DNA of 64,000 nucleotides. Origin: the human T2T-CHM13v2.0 reference genome, Homo sapiens. Each line of letters begins with the position of its first letter. The stretch's first letter is position 1. Position numbers and translations under genes: made by a program. The DNA lies in NCBI RefSeq assembly GCF_009914755.1, contig NC_060937.1; one strand, written 5' to 3'. Below are positions 16,308 to 30,135 of the stretch, one piece after another. The notes under the pieces were generated by a model. The model was not told the DNA's origin and did no database searches. It saw nothing but the letters and a program-made list of their open reading frames with translations.

Positions 16308-17599
16308 GCCTGGGTGAAGCCAGTAGGAAATTGCTTTATGCTGTCCTGCCCTGATAATCAGATACAAAGATAAGTACCTTTCACTCAGCAGTTGAGCCTG
16401 CGTTCAGCACCGACACAGATTTTAATCTTTCCCTTTTATGTCCTGAAAGTTTAGATACACAAAGCACCATTGCTATGTTCTTTGTCTAAAGCTTCAGTGA
16501 TCAGTAACCTAGCTAAAATGCTTTGGATACTTTAATTAACATGAGATCATTAATGATAATAATAAATGCCTCTTAATTGTATCTAAATATAGTAAGCCTT
16601 AGTTAAATACTGAGAGGATAAGCACTTCCCTTGGACATCTCCTTTTGGACATAGTGGAAGAGGGCTTCACTTCCATACCCTCTGCCGTTTGTTTATTCAT
16701 TCCCATTTTGCACTGCATAAGGCAAACATAAGCAATTTGTACTTTTGAGTAGTCAACATGTTTTCTTTTCTTATTTTAATTTCATTAACATACGCCAAAG
16801 AACGAAATACTTCAAAAATATAGTACTTAATTTAGGCTGGTTGTTGTTTTTGTTAATTTGTTATGGCAGGAGTATCCAAGCATAAAGAAAGGATAATTTA
16901 ATCAATTCACTCACACAAGGTTTAAGAAGCAGTATTTGTCTTTGTGAACTATCTAGCCAATTACCTTACACTGCCATTTAAATAGTGATTCACAAACAAA
17001 CATCTAGATTTTTCTTATGGAATCCAGCCAAACTACATTTCCTTTGCACTGAAAAATTTTTAAAGTCATGAATGATTAAAGTCCATCAACTACGTGATAA
17101 CTAAGGATGCACAATTTTTCTTCAGGATCACTGGAATTTAAATAAGACAGACTGCTTTAGTAAACCGATTATAAAAAGATCATAAAAAGCATCTCCTTTC
17201 AAATGTCATAAAGAGCTAATGTTCCCCTGGTGAAATCCAAATAAATGTAAGCTATTTTCAGCTTTGATCTCTGGTTTTATTTTACTAGAACTCTATTTTA
17301 GAAGTTTGTGCCTAGCATTTTTAGCACCAAGTTGCCAGTCACTATATCATATCTGCAACATAGAAGAGAATGCAGTGAATTGAATCACTATCCCACTTGA
17401 TAAATACTCAAGGTCAAAGAGACTTAGGAAGGGAAAATAGTGTGTAGTGGGTTGTTAGAAAGAAATGGAAGAATAAAACAGACTTTTAATAAGCAGGAGA
17501 TGCAGGAATGTATTAATAGATATATTCCAGTTCATCTCTTGATTTATACCTCTATCATTCTGGTCAATGAAATTCAATGATTAGAGGAGGTCAAAGTGC

Positions 17600-18215
17600 C
17601 TGACTGAGTTTATATTTGGACTTCACCATTTAAAAGTTCTATGACCTTGGAAAAATTCCCTTAATTTCTTTAAGCTTCTTTTTTATCATCTATAAAATGG
17701 TCATTAGACAGTCTACATCACAACACTTTTGTGAGAATTAAGTCACATAATTCTACTTAGAGTACTGTATCAGTTCATTCTCACACTGTTACAAAGACAC
17801 ACCTGAGACTAGGTAATTTATAAAGAAAACAGGTTTAATTGGCTTATAGTTCTACAGGTTGTACAGGCTTCTGCTTCTGGGGAGGCCTCAAGAAACTTAC
17901 AATCATGGTGGAAGGCAAGGGGGAAGCAGTCACATCTTCACATGGCTGGCAGGAGAGAAAGAGTGAATGGGGAAGTGCTCACACTTTCAAACAACCAGAT
18001 CTTGTGAGAACTCTATCATAAGACAGCACTATGGGGATGGTGCTAAACCATTAGAAACCACCCCCATGATTCAATCATCTCCCACCAGGCCCCTCCTCCA
18101 ACACTGGGGATTACAATTGGACATGAGATTTGGGTGGGGACACAGAGCCAAACCATATCAAGTACTTAGCACCACATAATAATCTGTCTTAATGTATGCT
18201 TACTGTTATTATAAA
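17600..18215 (+). mobile_element. MIR split by MSTA
   Basis: tatgaccttggaaaa...tcatctataaaatgg before the LTR and agtacttagcac after it. Confidence 0.65.
17766..18160 (-). mobile_element. MSTA solo LTR (ERVL-MaLR)
   Basis: TG...CA ends; gagatttgggtggggacacagagccaaaccatatca terminus; 5 bp TSD AGTAC (17761-17765, 18161-18165). Confidence 0.93.
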
Positions 18216-19839
18216 ACAATCATGAAGGGTTATTATATGACAGCTACTGGCATAAGACAGGTTCTGGGGATACAGAAATGAGTAAAAAAGTCTATGTTTT
18301 CAAAGGATTGCCAATTTCAAAGCATCTGGAGCACTACATAGGATGGGATAACAGGTATCCCCAGCCATGCCAAAATCCTATTTGGAGATTCACACCCTCT
18401 CCACCATCCCTGTGGTGTTTTCAGGGGACACAGAAATGACCTGGAAGCTGAACATCAGCTGGACTGGTAACATTTATTTTCTTGTCATGTAAGCTGCTGC
18501 ATCTTTCATCTGAAGTTTACTCTTCTAATTTAGAAGTTTTATTTGGGGTGGAACCTCACAGGGAAGTAAATTAAGCATTTTTGTTGTTGTTGTTTTGCTA
18601 TGTTGGATTGACAAACTGACAAACTGACACAGGGGGTGTAATAGCACCTTTCCTATTCTCCTTCTTATTTATTCTCTCCCATTTCCTTCTAAGAAGGACA
18701 TTTTATTGATCCTTTCCCTGAAAATCTTGGACACTGTGATGGTTGTTACAGGATGGTTTTAGGCAGCTGGGGTCCCAGAGGTTGAGTCATGCTTTGCAGT
18801 GTAGAGTTTAAGACTGACCCTCCTTTAGGTCTTTCTTCAAGTTTCTGACAAAAACGTCCACCTGATAGTTCTTCCTGCCTTGGTTACATTTTCAAAGATA
18901 TTGATTTGTCTCAATAAACAATCCACCAAAATTAATAGATTTGATCAGGCAAATGGGAAGTGACTGATAGTCAAAATCCATCTTTTCCCTGTTATCATGA
19001 GGTTGCCCTATAAAGACCCAGAGTTAAGTGAATTCCTCTCTCGAGGGCTTCCATTCTTCTGGTCATTTCTGGCTGTGGCCTGCTGCTCCTGCAGGGTCCT
19101 GGAACTTGCTCATGCCTCACTTCTTGGAGCTTTGCCTATTCTCTTCCTTATGGCAATGTAGATATGGAAATCAGTCTTTTCCTCATTTCCCTCAAAAATT
19201 ACCCATCCAAGATATTTTGTGTATTGCCAATTTTACTAAAGATTTAGGATACAAACTTGAATTGAGCTACAGAAATGCAAAAAAAAAAAATCAGTGTTAG
19301 TCTTCCCTTTAAAAAAGATTTCTTGATTGTTTACACTAAATGGGTTGTAGGATGTGGCCATATTAGTTGGCTTGCTCTCTCCTTTCTGTTTTGTAAACCT
19401 GCAAAAATATACACTCATGTCATTTATTATTCAGGCAATGCAACTTTCTTAAATCCTACCAGCAAAGTAGTATTTTGCCCTTAAGTCTCAGCGTTGTGCT
19501 CTGCTAAACAATAGACCATCTATACTCGGTGGGGAAAAGAACAATATAAAGATTTATTTGTCATTTGATAAGAATTATGTCACCCTCTTCTTTGAAAGTA
19601 GAAGCAGCTCTAGTCAGTTTGGATTTTTAATATTGTCCCCCTTTTTAACACTTAGTGTTCAGCGGCTATTATTTTGAACTAATTTTGAGCCTCAAGAAAA
19701 TGTTAACTCATTTATGGATTTTACAATTGATTGTCCACAGTATTGGGTAGTTGAAAAAAAACTACGTTTATTCCTAAATAAATAAATATAATCTCAGTTC
19801 AATGCTTTGTTTCTGTTTTTGTTTTTAGTAGACTTGCTG

Positions 19840-20005
19840 GAGTCCAATTCTAGATCCTCTGCACATTAGATGTCCAATCTGGGATAAGATATTTATCCTC
19901 TGAGAGATTCAGTTTCCATATCATTGATGAGGATATTAGTAACACCTGGGTTTGTCATGACGATTAAATGAAGTAACATACCTGGGTGGCGTAGATGTTC
20001 AACAC
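19840..20005 (+). mobile_element. MIR fragment
   Basis: ttcagtttccatatc...gattaaatgaagtaac...tagatgttcaa. Confidence 0.5.
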
Positions 20006-20876
20006 ACTAAGAGATGAATAACACACAAGACTTTAGAGTTGTGATCTGCATTGTGCCAGTGAGGTAGCCTGTGTTAGCTCTTGGTGTTTCTCCACCTCCA
20101 AAGCACTGACAGCTACACCAACAATCTACATGTAAGCAGAAGAGCCTTAGGAATCTTCTGGAAAATGGCTCCTTTCCACTAAAATGAGATGCAATTAAGT
20201 GGAAAGTTCAGTTCACCTAGGAGTTCACTCACAGAGATTTCCTTCTCACAGAGATTTTCACCATCCTCACAATTCAGAATATTTCTTATAACCATACTGC
20301 CTGAGAACCCTTCACGTGGACTCACTTGCTCAGATACAAATGAACAAAAACCAGAAACTTTTCCCAACTCTCCTATTGCACTCACTTTGCAGCAGGCAAT
20401 GGTGACACATTCAGTCCCTATCCCCAATTTGACCATTGTTCCCTAATTTTCATTTTCCCAATGAGAGCCCATCACCCTTCTCATCAACTCCTGTTTCAAA
20501 CTTAAGTGGCATGTTATTCTAAGAAACTCCAAAAGGAACTTTTGAGACTTCAGTGCCCAGGTCAGGACAGATGTCCTATTAAGTTAAAACTTACAATTCC
20601 TGGTCTACCTCAATAGAATTACATAATCTTTCATTAATTCACCAGGAAAATGTATCAGCAGAGCTCATTAATTTCTAAAGTTAAATTCACAGGGGGAAAA
20701 ATTTAAGGTACAGTTTGCTCATGAATTTCTAATGACCTCTATTATTTATGTAAGAAGAGAAATAGGATCAGGTGGCAAGTAAGCATTTTTGTAGAAACGA
20801 TAGGATTGGGATATAATTCCCTATGAAATCCAACTAAAAATTCCAAAGATAGAAAACTCCTAGAGTTAAGAATTAT

Positions 20877-21241
20877 TGTTTTGAGGGTTCCTTTGGAGTT
20901 AATTTCCAATTTTATTCCACTGTTGTCTGAGAGAGTACTTGATATAATTTCAGTTTTCTTAAATTTATTGAGACTTGTTTTGTGACCTATCATATGGTCT
21001 ATCTTGGTGAAAGTTCCATGTGCTGATGAAAAAAATGTATATTTTTCAGCTGTTGGGTAGAATGTCCTGTAAATATCTGTTATATCCATTTGTTCCTGGG
21101 TATAGTTCAAGACCATTGTTTCTTTTTTGAATTTCTGTCTTGATGATCTGTCTAGTGCTGTCAGTGGAGTATTGAAGTCCCCCACTATTATTGTGTTGCC
21201 AGCTCTCTCATTTCTTAGGTCTAGTAATAATTGATTTATAA

Positions 21242-21278
<37 letters not shown>

Positions 21279-22485
21279 GGATTGTGATATTTTCCTTTTA
21301 GATTGTTCCTTTTATCATTACATAATGTCCCTCTTTGTATTTTTAAAATTATTGTTGCCTTAAAGTCTGTTTTGTCTGATACAAGAACAGCTATTCCTAA
21401 TCACTTTTGGTTTTCATTTGCATAGAATATCATTTTCTACTTCTTTACCTTAAGTTTATGTGAGTCCTTATGCATTAGGTGAGTCTCTTAAAGACAGCAG
21501 ATACTTGGTTGGTGGATTTTTATCCATTCTGCCATTCTGTAACTTTTAAGTGGAGCATTTAGGCCATTTACATTCAACATTAGTATTGAGATGTGAGGTA
21601 CTGTTTTATTCATCATGCTAGTTGTTGCCTGAATACCTTGGTTTTTTAAATTTTGTGTTACCATTTTATAGGCTTTGTGAGATTTATGTTTTAGGGTGGC
21701 CCTATTTTGGTGTATGCTGAGGTTTTGTTTCAAGATTTAGAGCTCCTTTTAGCATTTCTTGTAGTGCTGGCTTCGTAGTGGCAAATTCTCTCAGCATTTA
21801 TTTGCCTGAAAAAGACTTTGTATCTTCTTGATTTATGAAGCTTAGTTTTGCTGGATATAAAATTTTGAGCTGGCAATTATTTTGTTTGAGGAGACTAAAG
21901 ACAGAGCCCCAATCCCTTCTAGCTTGTAGGGTTTCTGCTGAGAAATCTGCTGTTAATCTAAGAGGTTTTCTTTTATAGGTTACCTGATGGTTTTACCTCA
22001 CAGCTCTTAAGATTATTTTCTTCCTCTTGACTTTAGATAACCTGATGACTATGTGCCTGGGTGATGATCTTTTTTGTGATGGATTGCTCAAGCGGTCTTT
22101 GAGCTTCTTGTATTTGGATGTCTAGCTCTCCAGCAAGGCCAGGGAAGTTTTCCTTGATTATTCCCTCAAACATGTTTTCCAAATTTTTAGATTTATCTTC
22201 TTCCTTAGGAATACCAATTAGTCTTAAGTATGGCTGTCTAACATGATCCCAAATTTATTGGAGGCTTCATTCATTATTTGATTCTTTTTTCTTTGTCTTT
22301 GTCAGATTGGGTTAATTCGAATGCCTTGTCTTTGAGCTCTGAAGTTCTTTCTTCTACTTGTTTCATTCTATTGCTGAAACTTTCAGTGCATCTTGTATTT
22401 CTCTAAGTGTGTTGTTAATTTCCAAAAATTGTGATTGTTTTATTTTTATGATATTTATTTCTCTGGAGCATTTTTCAGCTATATT
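20877..22485 (-). mobile_element. L1PB inverted 5' segment (ORF1 C-terminal part and ORF2 endonuclease)
   Basis: Minus-strand ORFs 20742-21185 (GDFNTPLTALDRSSRQK..KIDHMIGHK..SDNSGIKLEIN) and 21488-21733 (ISILMLNVNGLNAPLK) are L1 endonuclease motifs. Confidence 0.92.
21245..21274. repeat. (TA)n microsatellite
   Basis: About 15 perfect TA units. Confidence 0.95.
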
Positions 22486-22487
22486 CA

Positions 22488-23602
22488 CCAAAGCAAGACT
22501 AAGCAAAAAGAACAAATCTGGAGGCATCACATTACCTGACTTCAAACTATACTACAAGGCTATAGTTACCAAAACAGCATGATACTGGTATAAAACTAAG
22601 CAAATAAACCAATGGAACAGAATAGAAACCCAAAAATATAGCCAAATACTTACAGCCAACTGATCTTCAACAAAGCAAACAAAAACATGAGGTGGAGAAA
22701 GAATATCCTATTTAACAAATGGTGCTGGGATAATTGGCAAGCCACATGTAGAAGAATGTAGCTGGATCCCCATCTCTCACCTTATACAAAAATCAACTCA
22801 AGATATCAAAGACTTAAATCTAAGACCTGAAACCATAAAATTTCTAGAGGATAACTTTGGAAAAACTCTTCTAGACATTGGCTTAGGCAAAGAGTTCATG
22901 ACTAAGAACCCAAAAGCAAATGCAATGAAAACAAAGACAAATAGATTGGACCTGATTAAACTAAAAAGTTTCTGCACAGCAAAAGAAATACTAAGCAGAG
23001 TAAACAGACAACCCACAGAGTGGGAGAAAATCTTCACAAACTATGCCTCTAACAAAGGACTAATATCCAGAATCTACAAGGAACTTAAACAAATCATGAA
23101 AAAAACAATCCTATCAAACAAGAAAAAAAATCCTATAAAAAAATGGGCTAAGAACATGAATAGACAATTCTCAAAAGAAGATATACAAATGGCCAACAAA
23201 CATATGAAAAAATGTGCAACATCACTAATTATCAGAGAAATGCAAATCAAAACCACAATGAGATATCACCTTACTCCCGCAAGAATGACCATAATTTTAA
23301 AATAAAAATAAAAAAAACCCAGATGTTGCTGTGGATGTAGTGAAAAGGGGACACTTTTACACTGCTGCTGGGAATGTAAACTAGTACAACCACTATGGAA
23401 AACAGTATGGAGATTCCTTAAAGAAGTAAATATAACTGCCATTTTACCCAGCAATCCCACTACTGGGTATCTACTCAAAGGAAAAGAAGTTATAATAAGA
23501 AAAAGACACTCGCACGCACAAGTTAATAGCAGCACAATTCATAATTGCAAAAATATGGAACCAACCTACATGCCCATCAACCAATGATTGGATAAAAATG
23601 TG

Positions 23603-23634
<32 letters not shown>

Positions 23635-24098
23635 TATATATTTACATACACACACACATATATACATATATATGCACACACATATATACAGTGATATATA
23701 CAGTAGTATTCATATATATACATATATATATATATATAATGGAATACTACTCGGCCATAAAAAGGAACAACATATTGTCATTTGCAGCAACCTGGAGGGA
23801 GTTGGAGACCATTATTCTAAGTGAAGTAACTTAGGAATGGAAAAGCAAATACATGTTCTCACTTATAAGTAGGGGCTAAGCTATGAGGATGCAAAGGCAT
23901 AAGAATAGTATAATGGACTTTGGGGACTTGGGGAGTAGGAGAAAAGTTAGGAGGGGGTGAAGGATAAAAGACTACACATTGGGTACAGTTTACACTGCCT
24001 GGGTGATGGGTACACCAAAATCTCTGAATTCACCACTAAAGAACTTTTCCATGCAACCAAAACCACTTGTTCCCCTAAAACTAGTAAAGTTTTTCAAG
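22488..24098 (+). mobile_element. L1PB (PB1-like) 3' segment: ORF2 C-terminus and 3' UTR
   Basis: [24 protein letters not shown] and [22 protein letters not shown]; L1PB-type 3' UTR ending caccactaaagaactt...cccctaaaacta. Confidence 0.92.
23603..23739. repeat. Compound (TA)n/(CA)n low-complexity tract within L1PB
   Basis: Seen directly. Confidence 0.93.
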
Positions 24099-24131
24099 AA
24101 GAATTATCACCCTCTACTCTTCTAGGTAGGA

Positions 24132-24929
24132 GTGTGACAAACACTTGACATAAAACCTGCATACATGACTTCTCTTTTTCATTTAAATGGTTCAGAGTTT
24201 TAAAGAATGTTTGAAAATATGTATCATGCAGGATATAAGGGATTCAAACATCTGACTTATGTGTGTCTTTTTCTTCATTCAAAATGTGAAGGACTTGAAT
24301 TTGAAAATGAAAGGTGAAGTCAAATTTTTCAACCATACACAGGTGAATAGTCAATGTGTTAAAGTGATTTCATTTCCACTAATTATGATAGAAAAATATG
24401 CTTGTATTACATTTGAGAAATTAGGTTAAGCAAGGTAAATATTTGGGGCTGTGAAGGTTGAAATGGAAGTCAATCTGTGAGTCTGAAGAATACCAACACT
24501 TGAATATCTTTTAATAAAAGTTATTATGTATTGGGCATTTACTATGTGGTAGGTTTATTAAGATAACTACCTTTAATCCTCTCAAATAGCCTTGAACAAG
24601 GTAAATATGACATTTGAGCTACGAGTACTCTACCAGAGTTACAAAGTCAAATTTTGGAACCCACAGCTCTCTGTCCAGAATCCAAAATGCCTTTAAGTGG
24701 AGCAGTTGCATTCTTTAAACATATTTACCATATGACCTATCACATATTTATAGTTGAGGTCTCTGACTTCAGTTTTCATTTTGAATAATGTTGAAGATCA
24801 CCATAAGTCAAGTCTTTTTTGATTCTGCTCTATTTAGTGAAATTGCTATTTTTAAATTAAAATTTCAAATTACTTAAATGAAAGCAAGAAAGTCATATAT
24901 GTAGATCTTATGTCAAGTGTTTGTCACAC
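24132..24929. repeat. Long inverted-repeat (foldback) element, probably an ancient non-autonomous DNA transposon
   Basis: 24132-24363 aligns with the reverse complement of 24724-24929; the outer 22 bp are identical. Confidence 0.8.
24510..24690 (-). mobile_element. MIR fragment in the spacer of the foldback
   Basis: tgtattgggcatttactatgtggtagg...tttaatcctctcaaatagcctt...ttggaacccacagctctctgtccagaatcc. Confidence 0.6.
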
Positions 24930-25379
24930 CTGATCATGAAGATCTAAGCAGACTTTTCTAGACAAATTTTACTTTAAACAATGTCCTACCCTGTTGTTAT
25001 CCCTACATGTAAACAGAAACCACATACACATTGCTAGGCTCTCTTTATCCTCTTACCCCCTAAACCAGTTCCCCTGCTTCTCAGGTACTAGGCTGGCTCT
25101 CCTATGAATCCTGGCATCTTTGAACAGACGGGCTCAAGGAACATCTCTACAAGTAACTTCTTTCTGTGCTTCATCCCCAAGGGACACAACAGTGCAAAGA
25201 ATGAGGCTGAGTGTGGTGTGGATCTCTGCTGCTGAGAGAGAGAATTGAAGGCTCTTGCTTGATTATAGCACTTGAGTTCTGAAGAAATTAGGTGCGAGTG
25301 TAACTATGGTAGCTAACTCAACTCAGGATTCTTGACCTCTTCCCAGAGAAATGAAAGCCGAGTCCAAGACCCACCTGTC

Positions 25380-25490
25380 TCCTTGGACGATATTTAAGGA
25401 CACAGACTTCATCTGCTTTACTCGTTTGTTCTCTATGCCTAACACAGTGCCTGGGCCTTGTTAGATGCCAAATAAATGATTATGTGAAAG
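25380..25490 (+). mobile_element. L2 3' end
   Basis: tgcctaacacagtgcctgggccttgttagatgccaaataaatg. Confidence 0.6.
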
Positions 25491-26649
25491 ATTTTAAAAA
25501 TGGAATTTTCTCATGTTTGAGCCTCCAGGCCTAAACTGTGACATGTTTGGTCCATTTCACTAAACTAAGCAACCTATAAATAATTGTGGGAAAATGTTTG
25601 CTTCAAGCAGTGTAAACACAGGCCAAAATTATAGCCCAAATGCGAACTTTATAATATCCTTTATATGTACCCTTTCTCTCTCTCTTTGTGTGTGTGTGTG
25701 TTATATGTTCCTTAAAAAGTTTATTGTACATTGAATTATTTTAAAGAAGCTAATAAACTATAATGTTTCATGAAGTTTTCAATAAAACTTATTTGATGTG
25801 AAAATTTACCCTCAATTTAGCTTCATTGTGTTATATTATATAATAGAAGAAAATTACCTATCACAATACTCAGTATAGTGTAGGCATTCAACAAATATTT
25901 GAATTTTAACAAGTACAAATGAAATTATTTGTAACCTAAAATATACCTAAAACTTGAATATCCTTTAAGATAAGGAACATCAAATGTCTGGAAAACAAAG
26001 ACAAGATACTTCTTCCATGATGTCTATGAATTACTTGTGCTTTATAGTTTATGCCACAAGCATGTTAAAGACCTGATTTTTGTTGTTGTTGTTGTTCAGA
26101 GGTGGCTTGTTCAAGGGCGTGAATTTAAAGAACAGTAAATGCTTTACTTAGTTTACTTTGGCTTATCATTTGATGCTGAGACTCAAAAAAGGAGGAAGGC
26201 CTCATGAATCATAAGAATTTTATTCTACCAAAAGGTGTCAAATTTGGATTGGAAAATTGCATGTCATTTGTATGTTATGGAGTTTCTACAGTTTATTTTA
26301 GTGCTTTCCTGATTTCCCATGTATGACTATAACCCCCTTTTCAGTATTTGTGTGAAATCTATCTATTGAATTTCTCAATGGGTTTAAGAAGGTTATCAGT
26401 GAAGTGATGGATAACCAATAGCTACTGGATTGTAGAATAAGAGTTCAGATATAGCGGGGGGGCGGGGAATTCTTTGCTATGAAGGCTAATGTTGCAAGTA
26501 TTGGAGGGTGGATATGTGTCATGACGGGTCATGACAGAGGAAAGCTGTGATGCCATTTCACACACGAACAAAATTATCGATGCTGTTGTCACAGGTAGAA
26601 TTGTTTAAAGTCTATCTCTAGCATATCAGATACATTTGAGATACATATC

Positions 26650-26800
26650 AGATACTCAATTTCTGCTGCTTCCTAACATGTGACCTTAGGCAAATTATTT
26701 AATCTTACACAGCTTCATTTTTCTAATCTGTGAAATAGGAATAATTATTATATCTAGTTTCTAGGGGTTTTTTTGTGAAAATAAAATGAAATTGCTCAAG
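26650..26800 (+). mobile_element. MIR
   Basis: tgtgaccttaggcaaattatttaatctt...cttcatttttctaatctgtgaaataggaataat. Confidence 0.75.
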
Positions 26801-26816
26801 GATTCCCTTGTGGAAA

Positions 26817-27171
26817 TGCATCTTAGTTCTTTTGGGCTGCTATAACAAAATGCCATAAACTGGGTGGCTTATAAACAACAGAAATGTATTTCTCACACTT
26901 CTGAAAGCTGATAAGTCTAAGATCAAGGCAGATTCTAAGCCTCTCTTCCCGGTACATAGAAAGATGGCACCTTCTCGCTGTGTCCCTAAATGACAGGAGG
27001 AGCAAGGCAGCTCTCTGGAGTCTCTTTTATGAGGACACAAATCCCATTCATGAGGCCTCCACCCTGATGACCTAATCACTTCCTAAAGACCCACCTCCAA
27101 ATACCATCACTTTGGGGATAGGATTGCAACACATAAATTTTGGGAGGAGACAAATTATTTATACCATAGGA
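26817..27171 (-). mobile_element. MLT1A/A0 solo LTR (MaLR)
   Basis: tcttagttcttttgggctgctataacaaaatgccataaactgggtggcttataaacaacagaaat...aatcccattcatgagg...cacctccaaataccatcac. Confidence 0.88.
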
Positions 27172-29628
27172 GAATGGCTTTGTTAGAAAGACATACAGGT
27201 GTGTCCCTGGGCTTTGGTATTGGGTTCAAGAATAGATTTTCTGTGCAATAATGAGGGAGGCAGAGAAAGGAGTGTGCTAAGTACTCAGTGGGGAAGTAGC
27301 AGGAGAGAAGACAGAGCAGGCAGGCAGAGAACCAGGAAGAGACGTGACTACTGAACGCTCTTTCTCTCAATCCCCAAAGAAATTTATTCAGTAGCTCCTG
27401 CTGGATCTTGCTCTGAAGTATATTTCAAATACGATCTTTTCCCCATTTCCACTTATCCTACCAAAATCAATAGCAACTTAAGCAGTAGAAACTAAGAATA
27501 AGAGTAGCCTTGTTCTTACATGAACCTAGAGTAAAAGCAACAAATGCTCCCTTCTGAGGGAACAAGCACTAGAATTGCATTGGGGCCACCATAATGACCA
27601 TTTTACTTGTTGAGTTACAGTTGTATCTTGAATGTTGATAAGCAATGCTCTAATTCTCTGGGCTGCCTGGAAGGTAGCTTCTCAAAGTGCATCCTTTCTC
27701 CTTAATTCATGATATTTCCATAGAATGTATCTCTATCTATTGAGTGGTAGCCTAGTGTGCCTGACTATGCCCTGTAACATGAAAGCATATGGGTACTGTG
27801 CTGGTCTTCCAGGATCTCGATGCAATATAAGTTGTATTCAACTCTTATAGGAAATTGACAAAATATGAGCATGAAGCAGGGAATCCTATAGTTATATCCA
27901 CAATGCCTGGAAGGACATGCAGATACGTCCTTTACTGAAAAGAGATCCCCAAGTACACAAACAAAGTACAGAGAGAAGGGTAAAATTGTTTTGCAGGTGG
28001 TTACTATGTTTTGTTGTTTTATTTTTGCATGAAGTCACCTATCGGTTCATACAGAATCAACCTCACATGGGCCTGTGAGTATCTTTTCACTTTGATTGTC
28101 CTATCTCTTCTCCCTTGGCATTGTTCTTGGTCTTTTAAGCCTCTTGCCTCCTTTCAGGGCTCTAAATATCTGCTAGGGCATTCTTTGGAGATTCCTAAAG
28201 GCACCTAAGGGGCTCTGTGGGACTCCTTGTATCCCAAGAGTTAGTTGCTTGGGGCAGTCTTTAAGTCCTTCAAGTTCTTCCCAAGGAAATATACCAAAGA
28301 GGACTTTTTTTTCCTACTGGCACTGACCACTTCCTGTGAGTTATTATGCTTCCATCCTGTTTTACCAGTGATAGAGAGAGGAAGAATTAACAAAGAAGGA
28401 GGCAGGGAAGAAATCCCATCTTGTCATCTATGTATGAAAAGGCACTGCCATGGTTACACTGTTTTAGGTTGCAGTTAATAAACACTGACAAATTGCCTAT
28501 GAGCATTTTATTCCTGTTATGCTAATATGTAAATATTAGATTTTAGTTTCTCTGTTTCTAATGTATGGGGGAGCCTGGATTCATCATAGGAGGGATAGAA
28601 GATGGAGACTGTGGTTTGGAGGCACAGTTCCTGTAACAGCTTACTCTGTTGATTTAATAATGTATTTTCCCCAAGCAGTATTTGCCTTCTGCACCTATGC
28701 CAGATACCACAGTGTGACTGTTTAATTTGCAAAATCTATAATGAAGGTGAATGGCAACTAGCAGCATGCAAGATAGTCTAGATTACAGAATCACAATTAA
28801 GGTAAAAAGGCCTCATCAATATTGGTCATCACACATTGAGCCATCACTTTTGAGAAAGAACATAATATTCAACCCATTGTCATAATCACCAGCTGTAATT
28901 AACATTCCACAAGCCTGTTTCTTCCCATGCCTAAACTCTCCCAGTTCACAAAAAAACTCTACTTCCTCTCCTCTCAAAAACCTGCATTCCTTTTCAGGCC
29001 AGAGAATACAATTTGTACCTTTGTGCAGTGCCCTACAAAATCAAGGATCAGTGACCAACAGCCCCTGGGCTGGAACTGGAGCTCTTGAAACTGCACATAA
29101 TAAGTTGTAGTGATTAAGAAGGTAAGGAGAAATAGGACTGAACTTTAACTGTGATTCTCCTGGTGAGTATTTGCAAAAGCTCTCAGGGCCATCACTTGAG
29201 GGTTTCTTTTTTAGCAGCTGGAATTCACTGACATAGAAAGGAAAATCTTCAGAGCCTTTTATATTGTCCTGATAAAGCCACACAAGGTTCAAACTGGTTA
29301 TACCAACCCTTTCTGAGAAGTTCAGAGCATCTCAATGAAGGACCCTTATCCATGAGTTACAGCCTCCTTCTCATAAACATCCTTATAGGTCGTCATGCTT
29401 GATGGTGTGTGACTCTGCCAAAGAGAAGAATTGAATTAGGTTGAGTCCTTGACCACAGAACAAAATGTGTATGCTGGTGAGTGGCCTGAAGGATGGAACA
29501 TGATAAACATATGTACCCAACTAGAATCTTCCTTGCTGGATGATGGCTGTCTAATCCAATTGTATCTCCTGTCTCTTAAGGAGTCTGAATGCAAAACTGT
29601 AAATAACTCAACACAGAGAGCAGAGTAT

Positions 29629-30135
29629 TGTATAAATCAGTACACACAGCTATAAGAAACAAACAAAAAACAACTAGGTTGTATAGGCTAAAAGAATTTA
29701 TTAGAAGAATGTTGGAGTGCCCAAGATTGATTTGAGACTAGAGGACTAGGCTGGGGAAATAGGCAGGACCCATGGATCTGTGGAAGACTGGATGGCAGGA
29801 GACACAGAAGGAGCCATGCAGCAGGATCACAGTGCACCTGAGGCATTGTGCTGTAGCGATTGTGAAATGACCTCCAGACATCTCTTATAACATTGATTGG
29901 TTTTCTCTGAGATTCAAGGACCCCAAACTCTACATCAAATATCCATTCCTTAGTTATCCAGGTAGAGAATGGGACAGGCTGGCTCCAGCAGTCTTTGCAG
30001 CAGGAGCTGGGTACTAGCCCCTTTAATGATCATACACAACGAAAGATTATTCTGAGAGATCAAAGTGCCATTTGGAAGAGGGGCTTGGAATATTTGTCAC
30101 CTACAAATTCTGTATGTGAAATGCCAACTGTCTTC
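29629..30135 (-). mobile_element. Old MaLR LTR (MLT1K/L-like)
   Basis: tgtataaatcag start; aagaatttattagaagaatgttgg...actaggctggggaaataggcaggacc resembles reverse MLT1K/L. Highly diverged. Confidence 0.55.

Noticed and set aside
22898-23305. 135 aa plus-strand ORF
   Set aside because: Fragment of the L1 ORF2 C-terminus in a dead, rearranged element.
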